Assembly: GCA_943704425.1 (NCBI GenBank) | Contig: CALSCP010001836.1 | Coordinates: 1-33,313 of the forward strand | From: Ministeria vibrans ATCC 50519 | Taxonomy: Eukaryota; Protista; Filasterea | Reading direction: 5' to 3' | Length of the DNA: 33,313 nucleotides | Shown: positions 11,121 to 29,304 of the stretch, one piece after another | Layout: every line of letters begins with the position of its first letter | Numbering within the stretch: position 1 is the first letter of the stretch | Translations under genes and position numbers: made by a program | Notes under the pieces: generated by a model | Seen by the model: only the letters and a program-made list of their open reading frames with translations | What the model was told of the DNA's origin: nothing | Database searches by the model: none

Positions 11121-13140
11121 TGGGATAGAGAGAGACAGAAACAACAAAGTGACAGGGACAAAGAGAAAGAAACAAAGTGAGAGAATCAAGAGCAAGCAAG
11201 AGAATAGTGTCGTCAACGTACCGCCTTCGACAGCAATAGCAACATGAGCGGCGTCCATGTCATCCTCACGGGCGCGGATCTCGGCGGCAGTGAACTTGCA
11301 GCGGGGCACGTTGAGGGCGGCGTGGTCACTGCTAAGCCCGGACAGGTTGTCCGCTGCCAGCTTCACAAGCTCGTTGTGGTCGACGCCGCCCGCAGCTGCA
11401 AGGACAATGCGGGGCGCAGTGTAGTTCTGCGCCGTCAAATCGATCAGTGGTGAGTATGGGGTGATCTTGTTGTTTGGGTGTGTTTCGGACCTGCTTGACG
11501 TAAGCGACAAGCTGGTCGCGCGTGATTGACTTGACGTTCTCAGTAGGGCCCAGAATTGTGCGGCCCAAAGGAGTGCCCTGGTACGCCACCGCATGCAAGT
11601 GGTCAAAAATCACTTCTTCCGTCTACAACAGAACACACAACCACACAACACGAAAAAAAAAAAAAAAAAGCAACGAGGTTTAACAGTCGTTCTTGTCCAG
11701 AGCCACTCACGCACCTGTTCCTCAACTGCCTTCATCTCGCGGAGAATCACATCACGCTCGGACGTGATGGCAGCCTCGGAGAAGGTTGAGTTCTGGAGAA
11801 TATCGGCAAGCAGATCAACTGCCTTGCCTAGGTCCTTCTTGACCACCTTGGCATAGTACACCGTCTGTTCGCGGCTCGTGTACGCGTTCAGATGCGCACC
11901 CATTGTCTGCACAACGTGAGAAAGGGGGGCAGGGGGACGAAGAAAGAGAATAGTAGAGAAACAAAATGAGAGAGAGAAAACAAAGTGATAACGAACGCAA
12001 AGAGAGAAAATACAGTGATGTAAAGCAAAATGATAGAGAAAGAGAGAGATGAATAAAAAAAAGAACGTACTTCGACTTCCATTTCGAGTCCTAAAGAAAA
12101 AAGACACAAAAAGATTATCATCCGTCGTTACACAATCCACTCATCTTGCTTACCCTGCAGGCTTCGCTTGCTGGTGCCCTTGAAGGCCATGTGTTCAAGG
12201 AAATGCGCAACGCCATTGGTCTTGTCGTCCTCAAAGCGCGAGCCCGCATCAATCCACAGGCCAACTAGTGCACCATTCATTAGCATCTTGGCGCCGTTCC
12301 CGTTCTCTCTATGCGCACTCTTATACCTGTGGCAGTGTCATGACCCGTGTTCTCCGACGCAACGCGCAGACCGTTGTCGAGAACGGTCACTTTCGTTTCG
12401 GGGACATTAGTCAGTGACCTAAGAGAGAAGAAAAAAGTCATCGTATCATTTTCTCGCACACGAAAAGTCATTGCTCCTACGCCCGTACCTCATATACGCA
12501 GACGCCTGACTGCCAAACGCAGCAATCCTGGTGTTAGCAACAGCCTGAGTAACGAGAAGCGTGCAGGTTAGCATAGGGAGAGTGAGACACGGTTGACAAG
12601 AGAGAGAGAGAGAGAGAGAGTTAGAGGGAAGAAAAGGAGCGCTGCTCAGCGACGCAGGGGGGCCAGGATCACCAAAGCCACAGCAATCCCCGCAAGCATA
12701 CATGCCGCGGGTGCCAGTTGACACAGGCGTGGCTCAGAGACAGCGGCGCTTTCAGCAATGAGAGGTGAAAAGGTCCAAAAAAAAAAAAAAAAACGAAAAG
12801 TTTTCGTGTGCAATTCAGAATCAATCGGTGTCGCGTCAAGGTGGCGAGAAACACGCGTGATAGAGTATCGCAACAAAGATTCAAGGGTGACAGGAAGCTC
12901 AATGTTCTCAAATGTGACAGGAAAAAAAAAAAGGATCCGTTGCAGCAGCACAGAGGAGCATCTCGGACACTGGATGCTTGTGAGACACCATCACGATGGG
13001 TTGGATCGTCCAAGCCATGCGGAAGAGAGGATGTGAGCGGAGAATGCCGGCACAGAAGCGAACAGGGAGCGCGAGCGAATGCGAAGGCCACACGACAATC
13101 TGGCGCTTACCGGTGATGCTCGCAATGCTGTACGAAGCAT
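10053..13140 (-). CDS. PMPCB: Mitochondrial processing peptidase beta subunit (M16 family)
   Basis: 14 exons: 13140-13111 ([10 protein letters not shown], presequence), 12544-12489, 12418-12327, 12264-12154, 12090-12071, 11906-11715, 11622-11491, 11426-11222, 11022-10977, 10914-10803, 10732-10616, 10546-10402, 10337-10239, 10096-10053. Motifs [33 protein letters not shown] (HxxEH), [43 protein letters not shown]. Confidence 0.95.
11043..11190. repeat. (GA)n microsatellite with AAACAAAGTGA remnants in a PMPCB intron
   Basis: Directly visible. Confidence 0.9.
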
Positions 13141-13312
13141 ATTTGGATGAGAGATACGTGTCAAACAAGAAAACTGAAAAGTGAAAAGAGATCAAGAGAG
13201 TGAATGAAAACTAAAAGAAAGGAGAAATTGGTTATATATATTTTTTGAATTTTGAATATTCTTCACACTCTGTGTATCTCGAGGATTGCGCGTGTTCGAC
13301 TGGCCTGCCGCG

Positions 13313-14907
13313 ATGAAGTTGGTAAGGGCTAAGAAAAGGAAAAATGCATTTCGATTGACTGATGAGCTCCTTTTTTTGTGCAAAAAGCGCTCTCTGGGGT
13401 CACCGACAGCGCCCTGTTTCCTGATGCGCTATCGTGGAGTTACGTTACTCTTGGACACAGGTATGGAGCAAACAGGGAGAGACTGCAGTGGTCTGCTTGA
13501 CATGACACTTTTACCAAATTAATGTTAGGCGTTGACTTTTCTGCACTACTTGACTTTCTTCCGCGCGCACTGTCGCACGGCTCGATCTTTGAGGAACACG
13601 TGTATTCCTTGGCGCCCGGCGGTGTGGTACGTGACAGTCCTGCGTCTCAAACAACATGCGCCACTGACACAATCACTGCGCTGAGCGTAGTCGTCTCCCT
13701 TGCTCAAGCAAATCCGCTCTCAGACCTTTCTTGACATGCCTTGGATGCTCCAATGTGCCTGTTTGCTCGACCCTTCGTCCGTGCCCATTGGCGAGATTGA
13801 CGTAGTGCTTATCTCGACGGCAGATTCACTGGTGGCACTGCCCTTTCTAGTTGCCGATCCGTCGTTTCGTGCCCTCATTCTGGCGTCGGAACCTACACTC
13901 GAGATGGGTCGCGAGCTCATGACGGAACTGGCAGAGTACTTGTCGCGTGGTGGAGCACCCAGCCACGGAATGGACGCAACAATAGCTCGACAGAAGCTGG
14001 TAGAAACCCTTCAAAAGCAGTCGGACGGGCGTCTGGGCTCTCTGCCTCCGCGGCTTGCCTCTCTCGCTCCCTTTTGGCGCACAATCTACTCCGCGGACCA
14101 GATTTCCGAATCTCTTGCTCGTGTGTCTGTTGTGGGAAACAATCAAGTAAGCAGCACAGTGCAAGCGAGAGAGCGAGCGAGGTGTGATTGTGAGGCAGGA
14201 GAAAAGAAACAAAGTGATGGAGAGATGGGAAAAGAAACAAAAGGATAGAGACAGGAGAGCGAAACCAAGTTTTAGAGAGACAGGATACCGAAAAAAAGGG
14301 ATAGTGAGATGGTGAGAGTGAAAAGAAGAAAAATAACATTATTGTTTGTTTTCTTCTCTCTGTTAGCACACGAATGTACTGGGACTGATTCGTGTGACGA
14401 GTTTCAGCTCGGGCTACGCTCTAGGTAGCTGTGGATGGAACATCGAAGGCAACAGTGACCCCACGTGTGCGCTGCGGCAGCCACGCACAGCAGCTCTGGC
14501 GGCCGCAGCACAGGCTGCGGCCGCTGCCATTTCCGACGGCCGGGTCATGCTTACGTCGGGCGACTCAGTCACCTACGAGACCATCATCTACCTTGCACGT
14601 GCGTCTGCTGTGCGCACCCGTCATCCTCTACCTCTTGCCATTACCGCCACTCCGTCACTCTCAGGCGGCTCATCAACGGCCGTCCTTATCTACGGCGGCG
14701 CCGTCAACCAGAGTGCGACTTCAGGGCCTAGTGTTGCAGTGGCTGTCGCCAAACGTGCAGCCGAAGACGCCCAAGCAAATCCATCTCTCAAGTCAAACGA
14801 CCCCGCACACTTTACATCCTCCTCGTCGGCGTCAGGCACAACAGCCGGTGCAGCATCATCATCAGCAGCCGCATTATCATCATCATCATCATCAGCAACA
14901 ACAACAA

Positions 14908-14950
<43 letters not shown>

Positions 14951-15755
14951 GTCGTCATCGTCGTCAAGTGGACATGCTGCTACGTCGACCTCAACCGACT
15001 CAAATGCTCCTTCACTCACCACATCCATTGCGCTGATGCACATGCGCTCTGTCTGCGCCGAAATTAGCTCCACACTTCATCGCGGTGGTCGCGTTCTCCT
15101 TCCCATGGCATTGACCTCCCCCTCAGCGTGCCCCCTCGATCTGCTCCCTGTTCTCGCGGACCACCTTCAACGCGACTTTCCCAACGCCGACATTCCCATT
15201 CTACTCGTTGCTCCATCCGCCCCGGCCCTCCTCGCCTTTGCGAACATTTACGGCGACTGGCTCAATCCCCGCTACGCCGCCCATCGTCGTCCCCTCGACG
15301 AGCCCTTTGTCCATCTCCAGTCCCTCATCCGCGACAAGCGTCTCCTTCTCTTTCCTTCCTGTGCTCACCCTTCCTTTCGCGCTGCCTTCACCAACCGTCC
15401 CATGGTCGTTCTCTGTGCCCACCCCTCTCTCCGCTTTGCCGATGCTGTCCACTTTATTGACATTTGGGGACACAGCTCTCGCAATGTGCTTATTCACACT
15501 GGTACACTCTACAAATGCACTGCCAAATGTGGAGTGATTGAGAACCAAAAACGAAAACAACACTCTCTGTAGATCCGGACTATCCACTCTCCAAAGCGAT
15601 CGCGCCGTTTCCCTCGCTTGCTATGCGCACAGTGGATCTTCCCATTGACTTCTCCTTTTCAGCCGCAGATCTTCAAGATGCAGTAGGAACAAGCAAACGA
15701 GCGAACGAACGAACGAAAAATGAAGAAACATCGTGTACTCAAACTGCATCGCTCC

Positions 15756-15823
<68 letters not shown>

Positions 15824-16700
15824 TTTAGATAACTCAGTGTCGTCCTAAACATGTTTATTTGCCTCAAGAGGTAAGAAACGCAGTGTGTAAGTGCGTGAAT
15901 GAATTCGCATGGTGAGTTTTTAGTCGACGGTGCACATTGAAGGAACCATTGCGACTGCAACGTCAACAAGTGGGACCTTTTATAGTGCAGGGACTGTGGC
16001 ACTGACTGCGCCGACGGTGGTGCATGGCTGGACAGCGACCGACCGCACTCTTTTTGCGGTGCCCATTGAAGAGCCCTTTGTGCGTGCCACTGTGTCGGGT
16101 CCCGTAAAATAAGAATCTTATCCACAGAGACAATACGGGTACTGAATCTATTTTTTTTCTTCTTTTTTTTTTGGGATAGCTTGCGTCGCAGCTGACGGCC
16201 ACGGCCATTGGTGGGGCGATGTCGCTGACCCCCATTCACGGCCAACTCATCACACACTCCAACAACACTATTGAGTTGGTACCCGAGCAGCCGACTGAAA
16301 GCAACAGCAACAGCAACAACAACGGCGACAACGGCGGCGGCGACGGCGACGGCAGCATCAGCAGCAGCAGTGGTCGCCCGGGCGCAGATGGAACGACACA
16401 CAGTCGCAAGCGGTGCCTCGTTGGCAGCGCACTTACTCTCTCAGGGATCATCAATGTGCTTTCTCAGGTACAACACACACCGTCGCACACGAGAAATGTG
16501 TTGATTTGTGCGTTGTATTGCAGGCGGGCATCGTTGACATTGAAGTCGTCGATAGCAGAACTGTGCGTGTCTCCGATATGCCCGATCACTCTGCAACTGT
16601 CCTACTCGCCAATGACTCCACGACCCGCATCAAAGCGTCGTCTGATCGTCTCCGTCGTCGTTTGCGCGACGTTCTTCTTCTGCAGTTGGTTGAGTTGTAG
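13313..16700 (+). CDS. INTS9: Integrator complex subunit 9 (inactive MBL/beta-CASP protein)
   Basis: Exons 13313-13321, 13388-13460, 13529-13626, 13724-14146, 14367-15501, 15573-15682, 15829-15870, 15924-16103, 16180-16467, 16524-16700. Motifs MKL..PC....LLDTGVDFSALLDFLP, IDVVLIS..LVALPF, SEPTLEMGRELMTEL, SSGYALGSCGWNI, GGRVLLP, HPSLRFADAVHFIDIWG and LPID all match INTS9. Confidence 0.9.
15757..15821. repeat. (GT)n microsatellite in an INTS9 intron
   Basis: Directly visible. Confidence 0.95.
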
Positions 16701-16780
16701 CAATTATCTACTCTACTCTACTCTGTACAACATCCCCCTGTCACCCCCAATCTCTTCAATGTTGCGTATGAGTCGATGGA

Positions 16781-17963
16781 TTACTCTTTAATGTACTCGC
16801 CATAGCTCTGGTGTCCGGTCTCTCTTGCGTGTTTTTGTGCCTCAGTCTGCCCAACCAATCCTAAGATATGGAGAGTAACGACTGAGCAGGCGTTCTCTCT
16901 ATCACTTTGTTTCTTTCTCTCTCCTTTCTCCCTATCGCTTTGTTTTTTTTCCCTCCTCCTCTCTCTCTCTCTAGTTGTCATCTGGCTCATTACCTTGTTT
17001 GCACACGAGGCAGCGAAGCGAGAAGGAACTGGTGTCAGTGAACTGGTGCTCTTTGTGCAGTTGTGTGGCGAGCGCCCGTGCGTGCTGGAGGGGCCCTTCG
17101 CCATCGCCGCACGCAAAGACGGTCACGTCAAACTCTTCGGCACCACCTTCAAGGAGACACATTGCGAGTGCGTCGTAGTGGATGCCGTCGTAGAGGAGCA
17201 GCGAATACTTGTCAAAGGATGCGTCGTCTTCGCCATAGCGGTCGACACGCAACGTTTGCACGTCTATTGCGTAAATTTTCGTGGAGTATGCACGCGCCAG
17301 AATCGACAATTCAATGGCTCCCCCCCAATGGTCCTTTTCGCTAATCCATTGGCAGTAGTCTTCGACAGGTTTGCCGAGAACCACCTCGCTGTACTGTTCG
17401 GGATTCTGTCGAATCGCCTCAACGACCGTCTTACGCAATTGCGCCGCTTTTGCTCGGCTGTGTCCCTCTAGCACATAGCCAACAGCATTAAACAGACATG
17501 AGTTGTCCGATGCAATGATTCGGCGGGCGATAAAGCCTTCGATTTGGGGCAGTGGCGCAGAGAGCGATTCGGTCGATTCGGTCGATTCGATTGATTCGAT
17601 CGACGCCACTGGAACAATATCAATCTGAAGCGTGTCTCCATTGACGATTCCAACTGCCGAGATCGGATCGGTGTCGTTGCCCGAGACGAGGCGCGGCGGA
17701 AAGCCAGCCTTAACTGTGTTGTAAGGAGAGGACAGAGGTTTGTCTGTTCGTGAATGAACTTGAACTTGGGTGTGCGTACTCTGAAGCGTCGCCGTCGGAC
17801 TGTTGACAATTTCGGCCAGTCGAGATATTAAATCTTGAAACGGTGCTTCCGATTCAAGATCTGTAACGGTCGCTGTGCCTCCCGTCCACCTGACACGGAC
17901 TCTCTAAGATATTTTGATTTCTCTTTAATCTTGAAATGAAATGAAACTCACTATGGCCGGCAT
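16781..17963 (-). CDS. YOD1: OTU1/YOD1 deubiquitinase (UBX-like, OTU, C2H2 zinc finger)
   Basis: Exons 17963-17952, 17903-17780, 17713-16994, 16860-16781. UBX-like GFPPR; catalytic DNSCLF, WGGAIEL, YDGIHYD; zinc finger LRCLVCKQ|GLVGQTEAQKHARETGH. Confidence 0.95.
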
Positions 17964-18234
17964 GGAGAATTCTAAACGATCTTAAATGTATGTGTGAAGT
18001 AAATCTACTCGACTCACTAATCGTTCGTTGACGAAGGAAAAAAATTGCAGTTTGAAGTGATCTGTGATTTGAACTTTGTAAAAAGTGTTTGAGAGAGTTT
18101 GACGAAGATTTCGTCTTGTTCTTCACAGGTAGGTATCGATAGAACCAGTACGGAATACTAGAATAACCACTAATATTGGGCTGTGATCTGAGTCTATTCT
18201 TAAGGGCGCAATGGCAGTTTCAGCCCATTATTGA

Positions 18235-18501
18235 TTATTTACAACATGAGCTTTTCTCGCACTTGCAGTCGGATCCACACGAGCAGACGCCACCCGTCGC
18301 ACAGCTACACGCCGATGAGGAAGCAGCAGCCTTGGTGCACTTGCAGTCGGCACCGCACTGGCAGGGGCCGCCTGTGGCGCACGCACAGCTCGAGGATGTC
18401 GAGCAGCATCCCGCGCCGCTTTTGCAGCCATCCCCGCACTGTTGGGCACCGCCGCTGGTACAGCCGCACGCAGTCTTTGCTTCAGATGCAGCAGAACTCA
18501 T
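18235..18501 (-). CDS. Metallothionein-like protein, 88 aa, 20 Cys
   Basis: Intronless ORF from ATG 18501. CxC/CC clusters, no aromatic residues, G/S/A/K-rich, with a duplicated CxCATGGxCxCGxDCKC unit. Confidence 0.85.
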   Translation of the reverse strand: MSSAASEAKTACGCTSGGAQQCGDGCKSGAGCCSTSSSCACATGGPCQCGADCKCTKAAASSSACSCATGGVCSCGSDCKCEKSSCCK

Positions 18502-18643
18502 TTGGGACAAGGAAAGGCTTCTAGGGCGAATAAATATTATTCTTTTAATCGTGTTTTAATGATTAATTAATTTCATAAATAAATTTGTGATAAAATTAAA
18601 AATTCACTTGATTCTCTCTCTCTCTTGCTCAGTTTGGTTGAAA

Positions 18644-20083
18644 ATGAGTACACGACGGAGATCCTGCTCACGTCTGTGCTCGACGCAGCCCGCCGCAGCA
18701 AACGACGCCGCTGGGGCTGCGTCGCCCTTGGCAGCCGGCACCAAAGAGACGCTCGACTACACCTGGACCAAGGGAACGCCGAGAACTAGGAAAAGCGCCA
18801 TGGAGCAGCGTAGAGAGGAGCTTTTAGACAGCATGGGTACGCCAATGGGAAACAGACGGAGAGACGAACTGCAAACGTCGATTGCGCGACAGAAAAAAAA
18901 TTCAAAAACAAGCGATCCTTTTGTTTTTCAAAAATCCCGCCCTCTCCAGCCACTTAATCTCGCCAGTTTTTACCCCACCGCACTCCAAGTGATACGCTTA
19001 CTATGAATAGTCCATCCACTACGGCGTAAAATTGCTCGTTGTGTCGTGTGAGAGAGGGGTTTTTCTTTTTTGTTTGATCTCATTCAATTTTCCTCTTCCC
19101 TCTCGCCCTTCTTCCCTCCCGCCCCCCCCCCAGCGACAGTCGAGGTGGTCTCACAGGAACAGATTGCCGAGTGGATGACGCTGTTGCAGCAACGAGACCG
19201 CGTAGTGCGCGATGACTTTACGCGCGAGTTGCAGCGGGCCAAGGATGCGGCGGTGCGGGAGATGATGCGCGTGCTCGACGAGTGTGCCGACGCAATCAGT
19301 CTGGGGGACCAGGACTTGCAAGACCGCATGAAGGAGTTGTCGCGTTCTGTCAACAAGTATGCCTCAAAACGAGGACTGGTGAGCAGCGAGAGCGTGCGTG
19401 GTCGCTCCTACACCATTGCAGGCTTGCCCTTTGGTGCGCCTGCCCGTGAGCACGATGATGACACCCCGCCTACTCCACCCCCCCTGCCCCCACCATGTCC
19501 TCCTCCAGCACCCCCCGTTTACAAATTTGCCGACACAACCATCACCGCCACCTCTACTACTTCTTCCACAACTACTGCCGGCACTGCTCGTGGCAGCACA
19601 TCGCAACAGAAGGCAACAACCAAGCGCAAGCGTCGATTGCATGCGGGAGCCCAGCGCAAATCAGCGCGCCTGCACCAGCTACAGCAACAGCGCCGTGCCT
19701 CCACAGGAAGCACGCTGTCGTCTAGTACGACCACAGGCACGTCCGACAACGAAGAAGACGAGACGGAGGAAGGGGACGACGACGACAGTGACATGGAGAA
19801 TGCACCTTCGACACCCTCGGCAGCCGCTCGCGAGTCTATGCAAAAGATGCCCTTCCGTGCCTCAGTGCAGTCTTCAATGAATCCCCAGCTGCTCCTCTCG
19901 TCGCGCACACACCTCAAAAGGACCACCGTGACTCGCTCGCCAGGTGGCACACCCGCACGCCCGCGCACAACTCGCTCCGACAATGCCATCACACAGGCTC
20001 TTCAACGCAAGTTCCGCAGCGTCAACATGCCTAGCCCACTGCGAACGGGGGACACCACACAGCATGTTGACGAGTTCCAGTAG
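18644..20083 (+). CDS. Proline-rich protein with PRR11/MTFR-like C-terminal motif
   Basis: Main exon ~19134-20083 encodes a coiled coil, PPTPPPLPPPCPPPAPP, then LLLSSRTHLKRTTVTRSPGGTP...ITQALQRKFRSVNMPSP. 5' exon from ATG 18644; splicing between 18837 and 19133 is uncertain (the phase-1 join 18836 to 19134 is compatible). Confidence 0.62.
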
Positions 20084-20365
20084 CAAACACACAATAAAAT
20101 AATATTACTATTGTTTACTGAGAGTGCAAGTAATCTTCTTTCAAGTCCAAACAAAGTCACAAACCACAAATCACAAATTCAGTTGCCCAATACAAAGTCC
20201 ACACTCTGCGCCCTGCAAGTTGAAGAAAAGCTCATGACTGACACGGACAGACCCCAAAAATGGCTTAGTGCCCGATAGTGGCTGACTCAATCGTGTTTTT
20301 TCACACTTGACGTTTGTTTCTGTTCATTTTCACACACATTTTTATATTCACACACTGCTGTAATT

Positions 20366-22085
<1,720 letters not shown>

Positions 22086-22340
22086 AACATCAAGATACAC
22101 TCGTATATATATATAAAGTTTATAAACGTTTTCAAAGAGCGAGCAACACATCTCTGATGTGCATGTAAATGATATTATTATCGAGACATTGACATTAACA
22201 CAAATGTGAAATGTCAGAGACTCAGAGTCTCATCTCTTAGTCACTATAGTCAGTCTTATTATTGTATTGATACCCCTTCCCAGGGACACTCTACCGCTTC
22301 CCCGCCCCTACCGCTTGCAGTCGTTGTGCGGTAGTCCACC

Positions 22341-27689
<5,349 letters not shown>

Positions 27690-27749
27690 TAACTCTCTCT
27701 TTATCTCTCTCTCTCTCTCTCACTCTCTCTCGCTCTTGTACAATTTTGA

Positions 27750-29219
27750 TTACATTTCTTCTTTGTTTACAGTTGAAAAGGGTAGTGGGAATGTGTCACA
27801 GAGACGACGCCACTTGTGCTGTCTGTGTGCATGCCACGCATTCCACTTTTCCCTCTCATAGCACTGACTTACTTCCGCTCCTTTTTGTGGTTCTTCTTCG
27901 GCTTGCACTGCCTTTGCTTTGGTGACTATCTGTGGTTGTGTCACACTCTGTGTCTCTGACAAGGTGCGGCGTTTGCGTTTGCGCGTCGCTTGCTGAGAGG
28001 TCTGCTCGGGAAGCGGGTGAGAGACCATGTTGTAGTGCGAGCAGATGCGCACGAGACGCGTATGCTCGGGTGGGTCGCCCAGGACAACGGCGTCACCGCG
28101 GGTACCAAAGCGACCGGCCCGGCCAATGCGGTGAAGATGGGTCTCGCGTGTGCGTGGCATGTCCATGCACACTACCATATCCACAGTGTCGACATCAATA
28201 CCGCGTGCACTGAGATCGGTGGAAACAAGACAGCGTACGCGAGCCGTGCGGAACATGGCCATGGCCGCGAGGCGCTCTGTCTGCACCAGATCACCTGAGA
28301 TGTACGCTGTTGGGATGCCGTTGGCCGTCAGAATGTTGCTGAGTGACTCGCCAAATCCACGGTGGTTACAAAACACAATGCACTGGCCAAAGGAGCGTTC
28401 GAAGCGCAAGAGTTGCAACAGACGCTCGACCTTCTCTTCGAAAATTTGGTGCGGGGGCGACGACTCAGCGCTTGATTGTGTCACGTAGTGCCACTGGCGC
28501 ACGCCAACGAGCGCGGGTGTTTCGGCATCAAGAATTACGCGCATAGGCTCGTTCATCCACGACGTGAGCGAACTGGTGACTGTCTCGGGAAGAGTCGCAG
28601 AACAAGCAATCACTTGCAAGTCGTTTTGCGCAAGGTGGCGTCGAATGGCCATCACTTGCGGGTGCATGCTCAACGACAACAACTGATCAGCTTCGTCGAG
28701 CACAAGTAGACGCACCTGGGACACATCGAGACGTCGCTTGTCGGAGGCCATGTCAGCCAGGCGGCCGGGAGTCGCCACGACAACGTGAGCTGCGTGTGGT
28801 GAGTCTTCGGAGATTTCCTCACGGATGCCACCAATGCAGAGGGAGCAGAGTAAGCCTGAAATGGCCGTGGCCACACGCAAGATGACGCTGTGGATCTGCG
28901 CAGCAAGTTCTCGAGTGGGAGCAACAATGAGCACCGTGGGCTGCGTCGATTCGGTCAGCTGGTCGGTGCCGGCACAGAGAAGCAGTCGCTCGAGCGCAAC
29001 CAGCGCAAACACCAGCGTCTTACCGGTGCCCGCCTTGGCCTGGCACAGCAGGTCGATCCCCGTTCGACCCAATGGGATTGTTTGGAGCTGGACAGGACTG
29101 GGGCGAGTGAAGCCAGCGTCGCGTAAGCCGGCGAGCAGTGGCTGCGGAAGCAACAGCGACGCGAAGTCACCCGACGATCGGCCGACGTACACATCTCGAG
29201 TGCGCTCCACCTCTGTCAT
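27750..29219 (-). CDS. DDX20: DEAD-box RNA helicase DDX20/Gemin3-like
   Basis: Single 489-aa ORF. RTRDV..DFASLLL..LLAGLRDAGFTRPSPVQLQTIPLGRTGIDLLCQAKAGTGKTLVF closely matches the DDX20 N-terminus; PTRELA, TPGRL, DEAD, SAT, HRIGRAGRFG. Confidence 0.88.
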   Translation of the reverse strand: MTEVERTRDVYVGRSSGDFASLLLPQPLLAGLRDAGFTRPSPVQLQTIPLGRTGIDLLCQAKAGTGKTLVFALVALERLLLCAGTDQLTESTQPTVLIVAPTRELAAQIHSVILRVATAISGLLCSLCIGGIREEISEDSPHAAHVVVATPGRLADMASDKRRLDVSQVRLLVLDEADQLLSLSMHPQVMAIRRHLAQNDLQVIACSATLPETVTSSLTSWMNEPMRVILDAETPALVGVRQWHYVTQSSAESSPPHQIFEEKVERLLQLLRFERSFGQCIVFCNHRGFGESLSNILTANGIPTAYISGDLVQTERLAAMAMFRTARVRCLVSTDLSARGIDVDTVDMVVCMDMPRTRETHLHRIGRAGRFGTRGDAVVLGDPPEHTRLVRICSHYNMVSHPLPEQTSQQATRKRKRRTLSETQSVTQPQIVTKAKAVQAEEEPQKGAEVSQCYEREKWNAWHAHRQHKWRRLCDTFPLPFSTVNKEEM

Positions 29220-29304
29220 ACAGCCTCAAAGAGAAATGGTACGACGCACGGAATTAACCGGGAGAGGGCAGGCGTGAGTGGAGTCACTTGATTAAGATGC
29301 TAAA

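Noticed and set aside
12700-12760. GGGTGCC...CTCAGA resembling a TPP riboswitch; TCCTGTCAC and CAATTCAGA nearby resembling RNase P elements
   Set aside because: The TPP CTGAGA and CTGAT..TAATGC..GCG core is missing and the match is antisense to the host gene. The RNase P-like pieces are on opposite strands and CR-I is absent.
27773-27925. Possible extra RhoGEF exon overlapping the DDX20 3' end
   Set aside because: The PH domain is complete and an in-frame TGA at 27687-27689 ends the gene without it; the GTCGAG donor is weak.
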